Assembly: GCA_965248535.1 (NCBI GenBank)
Contig: CBDFJR010000005.1
Location: 672,001-736,000, forward strand
Length of the DNA stretch: 64,000 nt
Direction of reading: 5' to 3'
DNA from: Phormidesmis sp.
Lineage (GTDB): Bacteria; Cyanobacteriota; Cyanobacteriia; Leptolyngbyales; Leptolyngbyaceae
Shown here: piece by piece, positions 1 to 9,820 of the stretch
Layout of the letters: each line of letters starts with the position of its first letter
Position numbering within the stretch: the stretch's first letter is position 1
Program-made: the position numbers and the translations under genes
The notes under the pieces: model-generated
What the model saw: the letters and a program-made list of their open reading frames with translations, nothing else
Databases searched by the model: none
Told to the model about the DNA's origin: nothing

Positions 1-2012
1 TGCAACCGATGAGACTGAAGCTCGGCCAAAAAATTTGCCTGCTCAAAGAGTAACCCCAACTCGTCTAGATCCCAATTCACTCTAGGGTCAGAATCTTGAG
101 CGTAGATCGCTTCTTCGGACTGCACGAGACGATCGTAGATGTCGGCATCAAGCCAGGTGCGATCGAGCAATCGATAGAGCCGTTGAGCATGGCGCGGCAC
201 CGCTTCTGCCAGCACCACCTGACCATCAGGCTGAAGCAGACTAGCCAAATGAGCCAGCACGATCGCTTTATCAGGTTCGGCTTGCAGGGCGTTGCGTCCT
301 AGAATGCGATCAAATTTCAAAGCGCCGGATTGAAAGGACTCTGAGAGTGAGTTGAGTTGAGTCTGCACAATCACAGGACGGGTCAACTCTGGCAACGTGG
401 CAGATTGTTCAGTCAGGGCATCTTCATCTTGTTGAGTCTGCACACAGGCATAAACGCCGCCTTCGGGCACCCGGCGAATCGCCTCCCAGGTCAGCAGTCC
501 GCTCTTAGCGTTGAGATCGAGGATCAAGTGATGACGTTGAGGGGCAGCCAGTTCAAACAGACGATCGCGCAGGCTCCCCAGTTTCTCACCTGCTTGGCTT
601 AATGTGCGCTGCATCCACCGATCTAAATTAGAGTCTGATGGGCTGAGGGTTAACCCTTCCGGCAAGGCGACCCCAATGCCTTCAATCAAAGCGGCGAGTT
701 GGGCTTCTCGCTGCCGGGTGACTTTAGTGCGAATCTGGGCCTCAAACCCCTGATCAGACGGTTGATAAAACACTTGCCCTTGCAGACTGCCAGGCAGATA
801 TTGTTGCTCGACCCAGTGATCTCGATAAGAATGGGGATAGAGATAGCCAGAGCCGTGCCCAAACCCCTGTTTATCGCGGCTAGCGTCTCGCAAATGCAGG
901 GGCACCTCAGAGGCGCGATCGTGCTCGATCGCCGACAGGGCATCAAAAAAGCCCATGACGCTATTAGATTTAGGAGCCGTCGCTAGATACAAAGCCGCTT
1001 GCGCTAGGGGATAGCGACCTTCGGGCAGCCCAACCCGATCAAAGGCTTGAGCGCAGGCATTGACAACCACGATCGCGTTGGGGTCAGCCAACCCGACATC
1101 TTCCCCCGCGAGAATCACCATGCGTCGAAAGATAAAGCGCGGATCTTCTCCGGCGTAGACCATTTTTGCCAGCCAATAGAGAGCAGCATCGGCATCAGAC
1201 CCCCGCAGACTCTTGATAAAGGCGCTGATCGTGTCGAAGTGAGCGTCGCCTTCTTTGTCATAGAGCACGGCTCGCTGCTGAATCGACTCTTCGGCCACCG
1301 ATCGGGAGATGTGAATCAATCCATCGGCATTGGCAGGAGTCGTTTCAACCGCAAGTTCCAGCGCGTTGAGCAGCGCTCGTGCGTCTCCGTTGGCAACATT
1401 GACCAGATGGTTGAGCGCGTCTGAGTCGAGTTGAATGGCCCGATCGCCATAGCCCCGGGCCCGATCGCTCAAGGTCTGCTCGACCACTTGTTTGAGGTCT
1501 TCGCTTTCAAGGGGTTTAAGTTGAAAAAGGCGCGATCGACTCACCAACGCTTTGTTGACTTCAAAATAGGGATTCTCAGTCGTCGCCCCAATCAAAATCA
1601 CGGTGCCGTTTTCAACCCAGGGCAACAGCGCGTCTTGCTGAGATTTGTTAAAGCGATGCACCTCATCAACAAAGAGAATCGTGCGCTGGCTCTGGTGTCC
1701 GCGTTTTTCTTGAGCCGTGGCGATCGCGTCTCGAAGCTCTTTGACTCCTGCCAAGACTGCATTAATCGCGATGAAATGCGCCTTAGTCGTGTTGGCAATA
1801 ATCCGCGCTAGAGTGGTTTTTCCGGTTCCGGGCGGGCCATAGAAAATCAGTGAAGAGAGTTGATCGGCTTGAATGGCTCGTCTCAAAAGTCGCCCTTGCC
1901 CAATAATGGCCGCTTGTCCCACAAACTCATCCAGCGTTTGCGGGCGCATTCGCGCTGCGAGGGGAGCTTCAGCGTCGGTGAGATCTTGGCGGTGACGATC
2001 GAATAAATCCAT
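1..2012 (-). CDS. rarA: RarA/MgsA-family AAA+ ATPase with long C-terminal extension (3' end runs off the window)
   Basis: Manual translation from ATG 2012: MDLFDRHRQDLTDAEAPLAARMRPQTLDEFVGQ...GPPGTGKTT (Walker A)...LFVDEVHRFNKSQQDALLP...IGATTENP...GYLYPH. Not in the ORF track because the frame has no stop in the window. Confidence 0.92.
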   Translation of the reverse strand, partial: MDLFDRHRQDLTDAEAPLAARMRPQTLDEFVGQAAIIGQGRLLRRAIQADQLSSLIFYGPPGTGKTTLARIIANTTKAHFIAINAVLAGVKELRDAIATAQEKRGHQSQRTILFVDEVHRFNKSQQDALLPWVENGTVILIGATTENPYFEVNKALVSRSRLFQLKPLESEDLKQVVEQTLSDRARGYGDRAIQLDSDALNHLVNVANGDARALLNALELAVETTPANADGLIHISRSVAEESIQQRAVLYDKEGDAHFDTISAFIKSLRGSDADAALYWLAKMVYAGEDPRFIFRRMVILAGEDVGLADPNAIVVVNACAQAFDRVGLPEGRYPLAQAALYLATAPKSNSVMGFFDALSAIEHDRASEVPLHLRDASRDKQGFGHGSGYLYPHSYRDHWVEQQYLPGSLQGQVFYQPSDQGFEAQIRTKVTRQREAQLAALIEGIGVALPEGLTLSPSDSNLDRWMQRTLSQAGEKLGSLRDRLFELAAPQRHHLILDLNAKSGLLTWEAIRRVPEGGVYACVQTQQDEDALTEQSATLPELTRPVIVQTQLNSLSESFQSGALKFDRILGRNALQAEPDKAIVLAHLASLLQPDGQVVLAEAVPRHAQRLYRLLDRTWLDADIYDRLVQSEEAIYAQDSDPRVNWDLDELGLLFEQANFLAELQSHRL

Positions 2013-2071
2013 TTAGGTGCAGCGTGGAATGATCGATATCTTCGACCCTACCAAAAGTCTTCGTCCTTCTC

Positions 2072-2201
2072 ATACCAATTTAATTTGTGAATGCGACAGA
2101 TCCGCACGAGGGCACGGTAGGGGCATGGCATGCCGTGCCCCGTCGGATTGAACGATCAGTCGCAATTGCATCCGAAACGCAATTGCATCCGAAGTTGGTA
2201 T
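2072..2201. repeat. Small palindromic/REP-like dispersed element
   Basis: Ends ATACCAA (2072) and TTGGTAT (2195-2201). Internal GTAG followed by hairpin GGGGCATGGC-AT-GCCGTGCCCC (2117-2141). CGCAATTGCATCCGAA occurs twice in tandem (2161-2193). Confidence 0.55.
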
Positions 2202-2353
2202 CACGCTTGTCGCTGAATTAGCGTTTCCACGACTCCGACTAATCGAGTGACGTGGTGGCTCTCGATCGTGTCTGCCATTCTCGAAACCTGCTGCCCTTGT
2301 CGATCGAGGCATCTAATCGATCAAATTCTTCTTTATATGCCGGACTGCATCGC

Positions 2354-2965
2354 CTACCCCAAAGGGGTTCTTCCGATCGGCACGGCATGAATATATTCGC
2401 TGCCAGATTCTGGAAAGCCCCGGTGATAGAGAGCTTCTTCGGGTCTGCCCCAGCCTAGTTGCAGCAAGATTTCTAACGTGTCGTCTTTGCCTTGGTGGGT
2501 CAGGGTAGCCCACTCTGTGCGCTGAAGAATGCGATCGAGGTCGCGACTCGACATCGGCTGATGAAACTTGCCGCAATTCATACTCAAATAGAAATCCATG
2601 CCCTCGGTGACTTCTTGCCAAAAGGCGACGATCGACGCTTTTGCAGCCCTTAAAACCACCCAATCGCCGCTGAGACTAATCAACTGATCATCAATTTTGG
2701 GGTAGCGAAACGACTGTCCTTTAATCACGACTGACTGCCAAACCAGTCCAGAAACCTGATGCTCTCGCTGATAGCAATGCACCGTGCTGCGAAAATCACT
2801 GTAGGCCGTAAATTTTTGGATGCCGTCAGACTTGACAAAGCGATCGATTAACGGATTGATGCCCGAAGGCGTTGCAGCCAGATTGAGACGCTGCCCATTC
2901 ATGCAGGCTCGTCGCTCATCGGTGAGAATTTTGACTAACTCTTCGGTGCTGTAGATTTTTGACAT
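2354..2965 (-). CDS. Hypothetical protein
   Basis: 203-aa ORF with AGAGGA upstream of the ATG; no recognisable motif. Confidence 0.8.
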   Translation of the reverse strand: MSKIYSTEELVKILTDERRACMNGQRLNLAATPSGINPLIDRFVKSDGIQKFTAYSDFRSTVHCYQREHQVSGLVWQSVVIKGQSFRYPKIDDQLISLSGDWVVLRAAKASIVAFWQEVTEGMDFYLSMNCGKFHQPMSSRDLDRILQRTEWATLTHQGKDDTLEILLQLGWGRPEEALYHRGFPESGSEYIHAVPIGRTPLG

Positions 2966-3077
2966 CTCAAAATCCTCTAGCCAGAGTGTCCACTGTTTAA
3001 TCAGGTGTTGGCAAAATCCTATCGTGTCGCCCGGCGTTGAGCCGCTTTTGTCGGGGTCTTCTTAAGAATCGCGTCAT

Positions 3078-3509
3078 CTAGCCCAAACGAGGACGAATTC
3101 CATAGCGGCGGAGTTGCAGATAATCGTGCAGGATACGATCGTGATCAAAGCAAAGATTATCCGGCAGTTCCCAAACGTGGACAAGTTTGACATTTTTGGC
3201 ATCGTCTCCGGCCGTGGGTTCGCCTTTGGCAGTGGCGATATAAACCAGGCTCACCGTGTGCTGTCGAGGATCTCGTTTGGGGTCAGAATAAACCTGAAGC
3301 AACTCAACCAGGTCAACCGCTAACCCAATTTCCTCCATGGCTTCTCGACGGGCAGTGGTTTCAGCCGATTCACCATAGTCCATAAATCCGCCCGGAATTG
3401 CCCAGCCATGGGGCGGGTTTAAGCGCTCAATTAAAATAATCGGGCGATCGGGGCGATCAACCATTTCAATAATAATGTCAACCGTCGGCGCAGGATTTTT
3501 GTGAGTCAC
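3078..3509 (-). CDS. NUDIX hydrolase (ADP-ribose pyrophosphatase-like)
   Basis: Nudix box [23 protein letters not shown], also [10 protein letters not shown] and FDHDRIL. GTG 3509 preferred as start (ORF track uses 3545). Confidence 0.92.
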   Translation of the reverse strand: MTHKNPAPTVDIIIEMVDRPDRPIILIERLNPPHGWAIPGGFMDYGESAETTARREAMEEIGLAVDLVELLQVYSDPKRDPRQHTVSLVYIATAKGEPTAGDDAKNVKLVHVWELPDNLCFDHDRILHDYLQLRRYGIRPRLG

Positions 3510-3661
3510 GGTATTTAGCGATCGTAAAGGGCCATCAACAATCATCGGTCTTGACTCTCGTCGTATCCTTTCTTTTGACCGATTTTAACGTTTCGCTTGC
3601 CGTGCTAGAGTTCTCTAAGTATTTGTGCTGAATTTTTCTCGTTACCCTTCACCCTATCTTT

Positions 3662-5192
3662 ATGCCTTTTCCCAGATCTAGCGGCATTTTATTGCATCCC
3701 ACTTGTCTTCCTGGTCGGTTTGGCGTGGGCGAGTTAGGCTCAGAGGCGCGTCGCTTTGTTGACTTTATGGTCAACAGTGGTCAGCAGTTTTGGCAGGTGT
3801 TGCCCCTAGGGCCGACGGGCTATGGCAACTCGCCCTATGCGTCTTATTCAGCGATGGCAGGCAACCCGCTGCTGATCAGCCTAGAGATTTTGCAGCAGCA
3901 AGGCTTATTGTGGGATGAAGATTTGTGGAATATCCCTGAGTTTCCGATCGGGTGGGTAGACTTCGATCGGGTCGTTGCCTTTAAGATGCCGCTCTTGCAA
4001 AAAGCCTGCGATCGCTTCAAAACGCAAGCCTCTTCTGAGCAGCAGCAAAAATTTGCCGACTTCTGTCAAAGCAAAGCCTACTGGCTAGATGACTACGCGC
4101 TGTTCATGGCGCTAAAAGGAGAACACGACGGCAAAAGCTGGCACACCTGGGAGCCAGATCTAGCGCAGCGCCAGCCCGAAGCCTTAGATCAGGCGCGTGA
4201 ACGGCTGAACCAGGAAATCTTCTACTATAAATATCTTCAGTTTGAGTTTTTTCACCATTGGGCAGAGGTGAAGCAATATGCCAACGATCGCCACATTGAG
4301 ATCATTGGGGATATCCCTATCTATGTCGCCCACGACAGCGCTGATGTCTGGGCAAACCCCGAAAACTTTTCCCTCGACGAAAAAACGGGCGAGCCGAAAT
4401 TAATGGCAGGCGTTCCTCCCGACTATTTCAGCGATACGGGTCAACTGTGGGGCAACCCGGTCTATAACTGGGAGCATTTGCAAGAGACCGATTTTGCCTG
4501 GTGGCTGCGACGCTTTGAGGCCATGTTAGATTACGTCGATATCATTCGCATCGACCACTTCAGAGGGTTTGAGGCTTATTGGGCAGTGCCCCAAGGCGAG
4601 ACAACCGCAATGAATGGCGAATGGATTAAAGCGCCCGGTGAAGAGTTTTTTGAGGTGCTGCGGCTGAAGCTGGGCAGGCTGCCGATCATGGCAGAAGACC
4701 TAGGCGTGATTACCCCAGAAGTTGAGGCGCTGCGCGATCGCTTTGAGTTTCCCGGCATGAAAATCCTGCAATTTGCTTTTGGCTTTGGCTCTGATCCGGG
4801 CAATCCCTTTTTGCCCTTTAACTATCGGCACAACAGCGTCGTTTACACGGGCACCCACGACAACGACACCACGATCGGGTGGCACAACACCGCCTCTGAT
4901 TGGGAAAAAGAGCAGCTATGGCTCTACTTGGGCAGCATCAGTCCTGATGGGGTGCACTGGGAGTTGATTCGCATGGCGCTGACCTCGATCTCCAATCAAC
5001 TCTGCTCTGATTCCCCTCCAAGACATATTGGGGCTGGATGGCTCTGCGAGAATGAATTTTCCCGGCACGGCTGAAGGCAACTGGGGCTGGCGCTATCGAT
5101 CGGAGATGCTGAGTCATGAGGTGGGCGAAAAGTTCAAAACTCTAACCCGCCTTTCGGGTCGATTGCCACAGCCTCGCGATGAGGATAACTAA
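3662..5192 (+). pseudogene. malQ: 4-alpha-glucanotransferase (amylomaltase, GH77), frameshifted near 5000 as sequenced
   Basis: RSSGILLHPT, WQVLPLGPTGYGNSPY, GDIPIYV, RIDHFRG, AEDLG, YTGTHDNDT. The conserved tail LIPLQDILGLDGSARMNFPGTAEGNWGWR continues in another frame to TAA 5192. Confidence 0.9.
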
Positions 5193-5425
5193 GTTAATTC
5201 ATCTCCATGTATCAAGAAGCGATCGCTGTTCGATGAGTGGGTGGCGATCGCTTGAGCTGATCGAAAAGCGGCAAGTCTTTCTTTAGAGCAAAAGACTATG
5301 GACGAGTACAATGTGGTTCTTGAAGCCATCAAAAAACTTCAGTTAAACTAGCTAAACTCTACAGCGATCGCCTTTGTCTTACGATAGAGTCAGAAAATAA
5401 CAACCTGGAAGAGGAGACTATTTTT

Positions 5426-5698
5426 ATGCCTCATCCCGACCTCAGCAGCAAAGAAATCGCTCAACGTGGCAAAGAACTTTACCAGCAGCGTCTTCGTACC
5501 CACGTGGAAACAGCAGACAACATCGGCAAAATAATTGCCATTGATCTAAACACAGGTGATTACGCGATCGATAAAGACTTGCTTGCGGCTTATAACCGCT
5601 TGAAAGCAAAGCATCCTAACACTGTCACCTGGATAAAGCGAGTTGGCTATGATGCCGTCTACGCCATTGGTGGCACATTAGTCAGGACGGCAGAGTGA
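5426..5698 (+). CDS. Small hypothetical protein, partner of downstream aspartic protease
   Basis: 90 aa with strong GAGGAG RBS; GKIIAIDLNTGDY motif; stop overlaps the next start (GTGA). Confidence 0.85.
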   Translation: MPHPDLSSKEIAQRGKELYQQRLRTHVETADNIGKIIAIDLNTGDYAIDKDLLAAYNRLKAKHPNTVTWIKRVGYDAVYAIGGTLVRTAE

Positions 5699-6063
5699 TC
5701 AGCGGGACAGTGGTTGGGCTTCAGGCACGCATAGGCATCATTTTATATGATTCCGATCGTGCAGGAGTAGAAATCGAATGTGTTGTGGATACGGGGTTTG
5801 AAGGGTTTTTAACCTTGCCACCTGCCATCATTCTAGATCTGGGTCTGCCTTACATTGCACCAATTGATGCAAATCTGGCGGATAACTCCCGTATTGAAGC
5901 CAATGTTCATCGAGGCGTTGTCCTATGGAATGGTGTGGAGCGAGTCATCCCAGTTTTAGCGATGGGTCGTCGTCCTCTCATTGGAACAGCCCTCCTAGAG
6001 GATTATCATCTCAGCATCGACTTTTGTGAGGGCGGTACAGTGCTAGTCGATGAAATTATCTAA
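5695..6063 (+). CDS. Clan AA (retropepsin-like) aspartic protease
   Basis: VVDTGFEGFL catalytic DTG motif, LADNS flap region, C-terminal PLIGTALL. Confidence 0.85.
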   Translation: MISGTVVGLQARIGIILYDSDRAGVEIECVVDTGFEGFLTLPPAIILDLGLPYIAPIDANLADNSRIEANVHRGVVLWNGVERVIPVLAMGRRPLIGTALLEDYHLSIDFCEGGTVLVDEII

Positions 6064-6125
6064 CAAATTCATCGCTTCCTAATTCTTGAGGATGACCTCA
6101 AATGAGAAAGTTGCAAGCCCTGACG

Positions 6126-6162
6126 AAAAACCGGAAGAACCTCATCAGTTCCCCCGGCTTTT
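6126..6162 (-). terminator. Intrinsic terminator of petH (possibly bidirectional)
   Basis: Minus strand CCGGGGGAAC...GTTCTTCCGG followed by TTTTT; A/T tracts on both sides. Confidence 0.6.
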
Positions 6163-6197
6163 ACGATCGTTAAACCCTATCGAAAGACACCCATCAA

Positions 6198-7469
<1,272 letters not shown>

Positions 7470-7873
7470 TCAACTTAATATTGTGCTGCAAGGTGCCCTT
7501 TCTACCAAATTGGTGGGGCGGCAAGTTGCTCCTCTTAATCACTCTACAGATTTAAGGAACTTGGCGATCGCTCAGATCATAAATTTCCAGTTAAGTTCGC
7601 CCCTCTCTAGACAGAAATGCCATCTCACCTCTAAAGTTAGAAGAGTTTGCAAATTTTAGATTTGCTTAAGGCTTGTGAGGGGGATCACGATTTGGTAAGA
7701 TCTGCCGTAGCAAGTAGTCCTAAACACTTCACTGCAACGCCTTGAGCCAACCCAGGCTCTTCTAGGCAAGCAGCGTTTATAGAATTGCTGCCTTTTTACT
7801 TGAGCAAGTCGCCTATGCTCTGGCTGACTCAAGAAACCCATTAGTAGAAACCTTTTTGTTTTAGAGGAAACCT

Positions 7874-8875
7874 ATGACCAGTAAGCCAGACCGCGTGGTT
7901 TTAATCGGTGTTGCCGGAGACTCCGGGTGCGGTAAATCCACGTTCCTGCGCCGATTGACTGATCTGTTTGGGGAAGATTTCGTGACTGTTATCTGCCTAG
8001 ACGATTACCACAGTCTGGATCGCAAGCAGCGTAAAGAAACCGGAATCACGGCCTTAGATCCCAGAGCCAACAATTTTGACCTGATGTATGAGCAAATCAA
8101 AGCGCTCAAAAACGGGGAAAAGATTAACAAGCCGATCTACAACCACGAAACAGGTCTACTTGACCCCCCCGAAGTCGTCGAACCCAATCACATCATTGTG
8201 ATCGAAGGGTTACATCCGCTCTACGACGAACGAGTTCGTAACCTGCTTGACTTTAGCGTCTATCTTGACATCAGCGATGAGGTCAAAATCGCCTGGAAGA
8301 TTCAGCGCGACATGGCAGAGCGGGGTCACACCTATGAAGATGTGTTGGCTCAGATCAACGCCCGCAAACCTGACTTTGAGGCCTACATTGACCCTCAAAA
8401 AGGCTTTGCGGATGTGGTCGTTCAAGTGCTGCCAACGCAGTTAATCAAAAATGACCAAGAGCGAAAAGTGCTGCGGGTGCAGATGATTCAACGCGATGAA
8501 GTGGAGGGCTTTGAGCCTGCTTATCTGTTTGACGAAGGCTCTGAAATTCATTGGACTCCTTGCGGACGGAAGCTCACCTGCTCCTATCCAGGCATCAAGA
8601 TGTATTACGGCCCTGATTCTTACTATGGTCACAGCGTTTCGATTCTAGAAGTCGATGGCCAGTTCGACAAGCTCGAAGAAGTGATCTACATTGAGCAACA
8701 TTTGAGCAAAACGTCTGCCAAATATAACGGTGAATTGACTGAGCTATTGCTCAAGCACCGTGAATATCCTGGTTCTAACAACGGCACGGGCTTGTTCCAG
8801 GTGCTGGTGGGGCTGAAGATGCGGGCGACCTATGAGCGGCTGGTGGCCAAAGAGAAAGTTGCGGTCAGCGCCTAA
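7874..8875 (+). CDS. prk: Phosphoribulokinase
   Basis: IGVAGDSGCGKSTF, LDDYHSLDR, KIQRDMAERGH, PCGRKLTCSYPG; divergent from petH. Confidence 0.98.
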   Translation: MTSKPDRVVLIGVAGDSGCGKSTFLRRLTDLFGEDFVTVICLDDYHSLDRKQRKETGITALDPRANNFDLMYEQIKALKNGEKINKPIYNHETGLLDPPEVVEPNHIIVIEGLHPLYDERVRNLLDFSVYLDISDEVKIAWKIQRDMAERGHTYEDVLAQINARKPDFEAYIDPQKGFADVVVQVLPTQLIKNDQERKVLRVQMIQRDEVEGFEPAYLFDEGSEIHWTPCGRKLTCSYPGIKMYYGPDSYYGHSVSILEVDGQFDKLEEVIYIEQHLSKTSAKYNGELTELLLKHREYPGSNNGTGLFQVLVGLKMRATYERLVAKEKVAVSA

Positions 8876-8934
8876 AGGCTGAGGTCGGTCTAGAGGGCGA
8901 TCGCGCCTAGACTCAGAAATAGCTTTGATGATTG

Positions 8935-8959
8935 GGGATGCAACGCGCATCCCTTTTTT
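8935..8959 (+). terminator. Intrinsic terminator after prk
   Basis: GGGATGC-AACGC-GCATCCC-TTTTTT. Confidence 0.75.
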
Positions 8960-9119
8960 GTGTGATTGCAACTCTAAATCAGTCTCATAAGTTCTTCTAG
9001 GGAATTCAACCAACGTGAGGGGGGTGCTTTGACCTTATAATGTTTGTTTAAGATTTGATTTGATAGTAGCCCCGATCGTTGGCAAAAGCCCCCTTTTTAA
9101 CATCACTAGAGAAAGCAGC

Positions 9120-9668
9120 ATGGTTGTCAATCGAACGAGTAGAACGAATAGCCGCAGGGGTGCCAGCGATCGGAGTGCAAAATCCAATCCCGATGCCGTC
9201 TCTACAAACGGCGCGAACCCAGAAATCACTGACTCCCCAAAGGAAGAGAATATGAGCGCAGATGTTATCGATGTCACTCCTGAAGCCGAGAAAACTGGGG
9301 CCATTCAACTTCACAATCAGCCCAGTCTCTCGGTTTGGAACCGTCCCATCATGTCGAGCGAGATTGAGATCGTTGGAACGATTCAAGACGGTGGCATTCG
9401 CCCGATCGGAGCTAGCCATCTAGATATTGTAGGCACCTTGCTAACTAATCGCCCGATCGTGTCCAGTCACCTCCGCATTTTTGAAATGGTAGACAATCGT
9501 CCGGTCTTTTGTGACGAGATCAAAATGCTCGAAGGTCAAGGTTTTGATGGCAGACCTGTGATGGCTAGCGACCCAGACTTAATGACTGACAACATGGTGT
9601 TTGGGCAACGCCCGATCGCTTCTAACACTATCGATGATGCCCCCGCTTTGATGGGCTTTATTGACTAG
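9120..9668 (+). CDS. Hypothetical protein with six RP(I/V) repeats
   Basis: Disordered N-terminus, then NRPIMSS, IRPIGAS, NRPIVSS, NRPVFCD, GRPVMAS, QRPIASN; ends LMGFID. ATG 9120 preferred over TTG 9060. Confidence 0.8.
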   Translation: MVVNRTSRTNSRRGASDRSAKSNPDAVSTNGANPEITDSPKEENMSADVIDVTPEAEKTGAIQLHNQPSLSVWNRPIMSSEIEIVGTIQDGGIRPIGASHLDIVGTLLTNRPIVSSHLRIFEMVDNRPVFCDEIKMLEGQGFDGRPVMASDPDLMTDNMVFGQRPIASNTIDDAPALMGFID

Positions 9669-9703
9669 TTCAGATGGTTTAAATCTCAAGTTTAATGACT
9701 CAC

Positions 9704-9733
9704 AGGTGCTTTCTTCGGGAGGCACCTCTTTTT
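9704..9733 (+). terminator. Intrinsic terminator
   Basis: AGGTGCTTTC-TTCG-GGAGGCACCT then CTTTTT. Confidence 0.75.
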
Positions 9734-9820
9734 ATAGTTGAGTAATTCAATTCATGCCCTGGGCGTGTGAACGTTTATCATTGACAGATAAGCGCCCCCT
9801 TTAGTCCCAAAGTGCTCCCA

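Noticed and set aside
96..1811. Series of plus-strand ORFs of 68-126 aa
   Set aside because: All lie antisense to the rarA frame, which explains the region.
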